Source of the DNA: an uncultured Clostridia bacterium
GTDB lineage: Bacteria; Bacillota; Clostridia; Christensenellales; CAG-917
NCBI GenBank assembly: GCA_947628255.1
Contig: CANQZE010000002.1
Coordinates: forward strand, 1 to 43,356
Direction: 5' to 3'
DNA length: 43,356 nt
In this document: positions 37,783-43,356 of the stretch, piece by piece
How positions within the stretch are numbered: position 1 is the stretch's first letter
How the letters are laid out: the number at the start of each line of letters is the position of its first letter
The notes under the pieces: model-generated
The model's database searches: none
What the model saw: only the letters and a program-made list of their open reading frames with translations
What the model was told of the DNA's origin: nothing
Program-made: the position numbers and the translations under genes

Positions 37783-40053
37783 TTAGAATGCTGAAGACAT
37801 ATCAAACACAACCCAGCCTTCGCTGTCGCTCGTGATGCTCGCGGCAAGATCCGCTTGCGTCCCGGGAGTCGTGAGACCGATCTCGGAAGTGTAGGTGATC
37901 TTTGCGCCTGCAAATTGTGCTACGATCGTCCAGTCGAGACCGCTTGTCAGATCGAGAGCGATGTCCGCCTTAAGACCCGAAAGCAAAGTCTTGATCGCAT
38001 AGTCGAGATAGTTGTCGCCGGCGGCCTTGGCTGCGGCGCCCGTGATCTCAAGTTTGACCCCGTTTGTGCCGTCGGTCAAAGCGTCCTCAATATAGCCGCT
38101 GATCTCTGTTTCAAGCTCGGCGTCATTCTTTGTGGACTTGGTTGCGTCCTTGTAGGTCTTGAGGACGAACTTCTTGATCTCTTCATACGCCTTGGCCTTG
38201 TTGTTGGCATTCCAATCCTTTGTGTTGCCGTTCGCTTGGCCGATGACTGCGCAGATGAGAGAAAGCGTGTCGTCGCTGTGCAACTCGATCTTGCCTTCGC
38301 CAAGAGACTTGACTGCGGACAGACCGTTGAAGATGATGCCGCTGATGTTGCCCTTGAACTTCTTATCTTCTTCCTCGGTAGAGGGCTTCTTGTCTTCTTC
38401 CTTCTTTTGAGCTTCCTTGATGGAATCGACTATGCTCTTGACGGCGTTGTCATACACGCCCTTGGGGGAGATGCCTGTCCACAAAGCTCCCTTGAAGCCT
38501 GCTTTGATCTCCTTGTGGTCTCCGGCTGCGCCGCCTTCGAAGAATGCGTTGGCAAATTCATTGAGAGGAGTGAGATCCTTGTAGGTCAAAACATTGCCCT
38601 CTTCGTCCTTGGTCTCATAGAAGAATGTATCCTTGACCCAGTTGAAGAGTTGATCGCCGAAGTTTTCGACAACGAGATTGATGACGGGATATGTCGCGAC
38701 CGTGACGATGTTGTCGATGGTGACGGCAAGTCTGCCCTTCACAAAGCTCGCTTGAAGAATGGGCTTGTTGTCATACTTGAGCGCGATACCCGCTTGCGTC
38801 TTGTTGGTTGCGGCCTCTGTTCCCTCAAGATCAAGACTCGCCTTTGCGGTGATCTCGATATCTTTCAGTGCCTCGCCATTGAGTTTGACGCCTTCAAAGC
38901 TGAGCTTCTCTTTTGCTTCGAGAGCAACATTTGTTGTGTAATCGGCTTTTGCATTCTTGGGGGCAATTGTCTTGCTTGTGCCGTCGCCGAACTCCAGATC
39001 CTTGATGTGAAGTTTCACAAAGGGAGTGAGATAGCCCGAACCGTCACTGTTGGACATCATCTTCTCTTCGTACAGTCCGGAATAGAGGTCTGCTGTGACA
39101 GTCACACCGTCTTTGAGCTTGCCGCCTTGCTCCTCAAACGCGATCTCGAGGCTGATGTCGTCGCCGTTGTCGGAGGACATTCCGAGAGGATCGAGGATGA
39201 AGCCTTCGATAAGGTCGGAATTCAAAGAAGTTGTGTAGCTGCTGCCGGTGATCGTGGACTTGAAGAAGCCCGCAAGAGTCTCGGAGCTGAGCGCCTTGCC
39301 GATGCTCAGATTGTCGTCTTCATCCGTCATTTCCTTCGCAAGAGAGGGGACGAAACCTGCGACCATATCGACTATATCTTGAGGTTCCATACCGAACAAG
39401 GGAAGGAGCGCGTTGATAAACTTATCAAGATTCCATTCTCCGCCCATAGCGTCCGTGAAGCCCTTCAAGATTGTTCCGACCGTCTTGCCGCCGAGATCTT
39501 CGATCTCGTCCGCCAATGCGCCCACGATCCACGGGCCGAGCGCCTCATTGTTGATGTTTTCGTCATAGTTCACTTCCAAGGGAAGCAAAACCTTCTGCCC
39601 GTCAAAATCAATGTAGATCTTGGAGGGTTCTGCTATCGCAAAGAAAATGTCCGCGATGGATTTCGAGCCGGAATAGAGTCCGATTTTGAGCGCGGTATGC
39701 GCAGAATTATTTGTGGACCTGTCCAAAATGCCCTCGAGCTTGATGCCAAGTTCAAAGGAATGAGAATCGCTCTTGTTGAAAAGGTCGCGCTCGCCGATGG
39801 TGACGGCGAGATCGGCATTGATGTACACATCCTTTGTGGCTGCGATCGTCTCATTGCCGATATCTTTGGTCAGATCCCACAGCTTTGTGAAAACTTGCTG
39901 AGTCTTTTCGATCTCCGCAGAAGTCTCCGGATCCTTGTCCTTGTCTTTGTCTTTGTCATTGTCTTTATCGGTAGGGTTGCACGCGACAAGCGCGAACACC
40001 ATTACGATCGCGAGGACAACGATCAACAAAGCCTTCCAGTTGAATTTTTTCAT
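37783..40053 (-). CDS. Large (756 aa) secreted lipoprotein of unknown function
   Basis: MKKFNWKALLIVVLAIVMVFALVAC (lipobox LVAC) followed by the DKDNDKDKDKDKD linker. GGAGG lies 6 nt upstream of the ATG at 40053. The body is beta-rich and Asp/Lys/Thr-rich, with no motif I recognise. Confidence 0.8.
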   Translation of the reverse strand: MKKFNWKALLIVVLAIVMVFALVACNPTDKDNDKDKDKDKDPETSAEIEKTQQVFTKLWDLTKDIGNETIAATKDVYINADLAVTIGERDLFNKSDSHSFELGIKLEGILDRSTNNSAHTALKIGLYSGSKSIADIFFAIAEPSKIYIDFDGQKVLLPLEVNYDENINNEALGPWIVGALADEIEDLGGKTVGTILKGFTDAMGGEWNLDKFINALLPLFGMEPQDIVDMVAGFVPSLAKEMTDEDDNLSIGKALSSETLAGFFKSTITGSSYTTSLNSDLIEGFILDPLGMSSDNGDDISLEIAFEEQGGKLKDGVTVTADLYSGLYEEKMMSNSDGSGYLTPFVKLHIKDLEFGDGTSKTIAPKNAKADYTTNVALEAKEKLSFEGVKLNGEALKDIEITAKASLDLEGTEAATNKTQAGIALKYDNKPILQASFVKGRLAVTIDNIVTVATYPVINLVVENFGDQLFNWVKDTFFYETKDEEGNVLTYKDLTPLNEFANAFFEGGAAGDHKEIKAGFKGALWTGISPKGVYDNAVKSIVDSIKEAQKKEEDKKPSTEEEDKKFKGNISGIIFNGLSAVKSLGEGKIELHSDDTLSLICAVIGQANGNTKDWNANNKAKAYEEIKKFVLKTYKDATKSTKNDAELETEISGYIEDALTDGTNGVKLEITGAAAKAAGDNYLDYAIKTLLSGLKADIALDLTSGLDWTIVAQFAGAKITYTSEIGLTTPGTQADLAASITSDSEGWVVFDMSSAF

Positions 40054-40138
40054 AATATTCCTCCTAAACAAGTCGTTTGCGAATGAACGCCCGCTTTCCG
40101 CGGCTCCGCACACTCGCGCGTTTATTATGATAGTATAT

Positions 40139-40167
40139 AGTATATCCCAAACTTATATAAAAGTCAA
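40139..40167 (-). promoter_or_regulatory. Promoter candidate for the 756-aa lipoprotein gene
   Basis: Minus strand: TTGACT (40162-40167), a 17-nt spacer, then TATACT (40139-40144). Confidence 0.5.
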
Positions 40168-40221
40168 TAACGCTTATTCCTTTTTTATATAAAGAAAAAC
40201 ATATGTTTCGCGGGGATTGTC

Positions 40222-40265
40222 AAAAAAAGAGGGAGGTCGCCCATATTCGCAAGGCGACGCCCCTC
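40222..40265 (-). terminator. Rho-independent terminator after the FabG-like SDR gene
   Basis: Minus-strand RNA GAGGGGCGUCGCC-(11 nt)-GGCGACCUCCCUC (one mismatch, one GU pair) followed by UUUUUUU. It lies 34 nt after the stop. Confidence 0.7.
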
Positions 40266-40298
40266 ATATTTGCGTTTGAGATCCGAGATCCTCGCCCC

Positions 40299-41024
40299 TC
40301 AGCACATCCCTCCGTCCACGCCCAGGATCTGACCCGTGACGTAGGGCTGTTCCACGAGGAAAAGTATCGCCTCGGCAACCTCGCTCGGCTTGCCCAATCG
40401 TCCGAGGGGGATATGCTCGTCCGTCAGCGCGGAGATCTCCTCGGGAGAATAGCGCTTCATCATATCCGTGTCGATGGCGCCGGGCGCGACTGCGTTCACC
40501 GTGACGCCCATCGGCGCGACCTCTTTTGCAAGCGCCTTTGTCATTCCGATCAGCGCCGCCTTGCTTGCGGAATAGGCGACCTCGCACGCGCCGCCCCGCA
40601 CTCCCCATACCGACGAGACGTTGACGATCGCTCCGCCGCCTCGCGAGAGCATATCGGGCAAAACTTCGCGCGCGGCAAAAAACGCTCCGTCAAGATTGAC
40701 CGCCATCAGCGAGCGCCACTCCTCGGGAGTCATATCGACAAGCAATCCGCTTGCGCTCACGCCCGCGTTGTTGATCAAAATGTCGACGCGCTTGAACCTC
40801 TTTTTTGCGGCTTCCACCGCGGTATGCACGTCCGAAGGGGAAGAGACGTCGCACTTGATCGCCAAAATGCCGCCGTATTTGCCGTCGAGTTCGCTCTCGA
40901 TCTCCTTTGCCCTCATCTCGTTGTGACAATAGGTGAAGGCAACGTTGTATTTGCCCGCCGCCGCCCGCACGAGCGCCTCGCCTATGCCGCGACTGCCGCC
41001 CGTGATAAAGATGGTCTTTGTCAT
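40299..41024 (-). CDS. SDR family oxidoreductase, 3-oxoacyl-ACP reductase (FabG)-like
   Basis: Trimmed to MTKTIFITGGSRGIG (ATG at 41024). NNAG, catalytic YSASK and PGAIDTDM are present. Confidence 0.85.
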   Translation of the reverse strand: MTKTIFITGGSRGIGEALVRAAAGKYNVAFTYCHNEMRAKEIESELDGKYGGILAIKCDVSSPSDVHTAVEAAKKRFKRVDILINNAGVSASGLLVDMTPEEWRSLMAVNLDGAFFAAREVLPDMLSRGGGAIVNVSSVWGVRGGACEVAYSASKAALIGMTKALAKEVAPMGVTVNAVAPGAIDTDMMKRYSPEEISALTDEHIPLGRLGKPSEVAEAILFLVEQPYVTGQILGVDGGMC

Positions 41025-41046
41025 ACTATCACCGCCGTTCGATATT

Positions 41047-41069
41047 GAAAAGGGCGGGATGACCCGCCC
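41047..41069 (-). terminator. GC-rich hairpin plus U4 between the DUF5050-like lipoprotein gene and the SDR gene
   Basis: Minus-strand RNA GGGCGGG-UCAU-CCCGCCC followed by UUUUCAAUAU. It lies 20 nt after the upstream stop and 22 nt before the SDR ATG. Confidence 0.5.
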
Positions 41070-41089
41070 CGTGCGCATCACGCGCAATT

Positions 41090-42550
41090 TTATTGTTCTT
41101 CCTCGTCCTCTTCTCTGTCAAGCCCGATATATTCCGTCTTTTTGTCCTCTCCTTCTTCGTCCTTGACTTGATAGATGGGGGTCTTGACGTCGATGATGTG
41201 CGCGTAGTTCTCGTCGTCTGTGGCAAAGAACACGAGATTTGTGCCGACAAAGTCAAGATTGAGCCAATCCGTCTTGATGCCCTCGCTGAATATGAGCGCC
41301 TGGTTGTCGGGATTCGCGATGTCATAGGACGTGCGCGCAAGCCCCGTCACCGATGAGGATGTGTAATATGCTTGCTTCGCCTTCGCGTCAATGTAGCACA
41401 CCGTGGGAGTGCCGCTTGCGATCAGCCTGCTCTGAAGATCATCAGGCGCTTGCGCGGCGGACTCAGGCTTGTCAAACTTGTAGAGACTGCTTGAGATCGT
41501 GAGCAACGCGCCCTCTTCATAGCCGAGAGGATAGACCGCGGAGACGCTTTGCGTGTACATAAGATACTCTGTGTCCTTGATGTTGCTCGCCTTTGCGCAG
41601 AAGAATCCGTCGGACGTGTCGCTCTCGCCTGAGCGGTGAGACTTGGTGTAGTACAACGTGACGTCCTCTGTGCCCTGCGCGTCCTTCTCGACGAGCATAT
41701 TGACAAGCGTGAATTTGAAAACTTTTTGCACTTGCTCTTCGGGTTTTTCGTTGCCCTGAAGGAAGGTGTTTTCCGTCGCGAGAGTCTTTTTGTCCGAGCC
41801 GTCCCACTTGATGGAGCAGAGGTTGTTGTATTGCTTGAAGCTGTTCTCGCCCGTCAAGCTCTCAACATAGAAAATTCGGTCGCAGTCCATACTCCAAAGC
41901 ACGGTGCCGGAGACATTCTCCACAAGGGTGCCACTCTTCGCGCCGCTGCCGTTTGTGACGCTCTTGTTTGTTTTCATCCCCGAAAAATCAATGTAGTTGA
42001 CGGATGTGCCGCTCACATAGAGGATCCTGTTCGGAGTGAAAAGATATCTCGTGTCGCGCCCGCTGATCTTGGCGATCTTTTGCGTGACGGAACCGTCCGT
42101 CTTGGTGCGCATAAAATCTACGTCCGTGGTGGATGCGGCGCCCGTCTTGTCCTTGTCATAGTTGGGAGTGGCATAATAGATCCACTCGCCGAAAACCGCG
42201 ATGCCGCCGTCTTTGACGGAACTCGAATAAAGCACGGTCTTGGGGACGACGATCTTTGTGGTGCCTTCAACGATCTTGAGCGCGCCGTTTTCTTCGGTCA
42301 CTTCACTGCGCAGGATCGCCTGCTTGACGGGAGTGCCGAATGTGTTGTCCGCGTCGGTGCCGTCAAAACCGTTGATATAATAGAGATACTTGCCCTGCTT
42401 CACGGCATAGCCGCCGTTGGACTTCAATTCCCCGTTTGGTTCCGCCTTGCCGATGGAGTCCCACTTGAATTGGTTGCACGCCGCAAGCGCCAACGACAGC
42501 ACAAGCGCCAAAACCAAAACCGCGGATATTATTGCAATTTTTTTCCTCAT
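41090..42550 (-). CDS. Lipoprotein with DUF5050-like beta-propeller repeats and an acidic C-terminal tail
   Basis: MRKKIAIISAVLVLALVLSLALAAC (lipobox LAAC). Recurrent YY/Y-x-N blades (KYLYYINGFDG, EWIYYATPNYD, RILYVSG, RIFYVES, QAYYTSS). AGGAGA SD. The family call is tentative. Confidence 0.7.
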   Translation of the reverse strand: MRKKIAIISAVLVLALVLSLALAACNQFKWDSIGKAEPNGELKSNGGYAVKQGKYLYYINGFDGTDADNTFGTPVKQAILRSEVTEENGALKIVEGTTKIVVPKTVLYSSSVKDGGIAVFGEWIYYATPNYDKDKTGAASTTDVDFMRTKTDGSVTQKIAKISGRDTRYLFTPNRILYVSGTSVNYIDFSGMKTNKSVTNGSGAKSGTLVENVSGTVLWSMDCDRIFYVESLTGENSFKQYNNLCSIKWDGSDKKTLATENTFLQGNEKPEEQVQKVFKFTLVNMLVEKDAQGTEDVTLYYTKSHRSGESDTSDGFFCAKASNIKDTEYLMYTQSVSAVYPLGYEEGALLTISSSLYKFDKPESAAQAPDDLQSRLIASGTPTVCYIDAKAKQAYYTSSSVTGLARTSYDIANPDNQALIFSEGIKTDWLNLDFVGTNLVFFATDDENYAHIIDVKTPIYQVKDEEGEDKKTEYIGLDREEDEEEQ

Positions 42551-42608
42551 AACTTATCTCCTGTTTGCATACGTCGCGAGGGCGCGTGCAAAAAGTCTAT
42601 ACTATATA

Positions 42609-42637
42609 TTTATAAACTATATTTCGCGCGTTGTCAA
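42609..42637 (-). promoter_or_regulatory. Promoter candidate for the DUF5050-like lipoprotein gene
   Basis: Minus strand: TTGACA (42632-42637), a 17-nt spacer, then TATAAA (42609-42614). Confidence 0.5.
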
Positions 42638-42721
42638 ACACAACTTGCCTCATTTGCGGCACTTTATGGGTGATTTTTTTGCAAAACTCACAATATACGC
42701 CGCTTTTTGGCGGATTTTTGC

Positions 42722-43356
42722 TCACTCCTTTGGCAGATCGAGCTTGATATGCACCTCTTTGAGCTGTTTGTCCGTCACTGTCGAGGGCGCGCCCATCAAA
42801 ACGTCGCGGGCGTTTCTGTCCATTGGGAAAGTGATGATCTCGCGGATGTTTTGCTCGCCGAGCAACAACATCACCATCCTGTCCACGCCGGGTGCGATGC
42901 CTGCGTGCGGCGGCGCTCCGAACTTGAACGCGTTGTACAGCGCGGAGAACTTTTGCTCTATCACGTCCTTGCCGTAACCGACGATCTCAAACGCGCGTTC
43001 CATAATCGCAGGCTCGTGATTTCTGACCGCGCCGCTTGAAAGCTCCACGCCGTTGACGACGCTGTCGTATTGATATGCCAAAATATCAAGCGGATCCTTT
43101 GTGTTGAGCGCAGTCAGCCCGCCTTGCGGCATCGAGAACGGATTGTGGCAGAACCCCAAAACGCCGTCGTCGTCATACTCGTACATCGGGAAGTCAACGA
43201 TCCAGCAGAATCTGAAGGCGTTCTTCTCAAGCAGATCAAGCCCTACGCCAAGTTCCGTGCGCAGATAGCCCGCCTGCTTCTCGACGCCCTTCTCCTCCGC
43301 GACAAAGGCGACGAAGCTTCCTGCCTTAAGCCCCAACCTCTCGACAAGCGCGTCCT
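42722..43356 (-). CDS. aspS: Aspartate--tRNA ligase, C-terminal ~211 aa; the 5' part lies beyond the window edge
   Basis: Class II motif 2/3 region: FCWIVDFPMYEYDDD..., YDSVVNGVELSSGAVRNHEP and GAPPHAGIAPGVDRMVMLL...IREIITFP. The frame stays open to the window end. Confidence 0.93.
   Translation of the reverse strand, partial: DALVERLGLKAGSFVAFVAEEKGVEKQAGYLRTELGVGLDLLEKNAFRFCWIVDFPMYEYDDDGVLGFCHNPFSMPQGGLTALNTKDPLDILAYQYDSVVNGVELSSGAVRNHEPAIMERAFEIVGYGKDVIEQKFSALYNAFKFGAPPHAGIAPGVDRMVMLLLGEQNIREIITFPMDRNARDVLMGAPSTVTDKQLKEVHIKLDLPKE

Noticed and set aside
42680-42721. A possible terminator after aspS (CCGC-TTTTTG-GCGG followed by ATTTTTG).
   Set aside because: The stem is only 4-5 bp, and the T-run is on the plus strand, which is the wrong orientation for the minus-strand aspS gene. 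Support is insufficient.

Overview
This 43.4-kb window is chromosomal and roughly mid-50s % GC by eye. It is probably from a Bacillota/Clostridia-like bacterium, inferred from a lipobox-bearing YidC, the recD2-comFC pair, an RqcP-like S4 protein and secA-prfB linkage. I support about 32 CDSs, and about 27 of them are on the minus strand.

Gene order from the left:
- rpmH-rnpA-yidD-yidC-jag-mnmE-mnmG cluster on the minus strand. mnmG is cut by the window edge and rpmH is too short for the ORF track. No dnaA lies next to it.
- A plus-strand islet holding an alpha/beta-hydrolase-like gene and lepB.
- An SDR gene, then a YhhQ-type queuosine-precursor transporter with a preQ1-I-like riboswitch candidate.
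- tsaD, prfB (single frame), an unusually long secA (1254 aa), comFC, recD2, and rpoB-rpoC with metK 16 nt downstream of rpoC.
- A divergent rqcP-ispDF pair.
- An accessory-looking right third of membrane proteins and lipoproteins: a zinc-ribbon/DUF898 three-gene operon, a DUF1893 plus ECF-S-like cluster, a PTS_EIIC_2-like protein, an M28-like membrane protein, a 756-aa lipoprotein, a DUF5050-like lipoprotein and an SDR.
- aspS, truncated at the right edge.

I saw no rRNA, tRNA, CRISPR array, transposase or integrase.

Main points worth a second look:
- The zinc-ribbon/DUF898 operon, which carries four copies of one cytoplasmic zinc-ribbon module across two proteins.
- Four genes whose ATG sits 6-7 nt after a TATAAT box with no Shine-Dalgarno, suggesting leaderless mRNAs.
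- The preQ1-like element upstream of yhhQ.
- The extra SecA C-terminal domain.
- An iteron-like repeat array next to a 33-nt perfect palindrome.

The many long antisense ORFs in the track are codon-phase artefacts. All family calls come from motif recognition by eye, not database searches.
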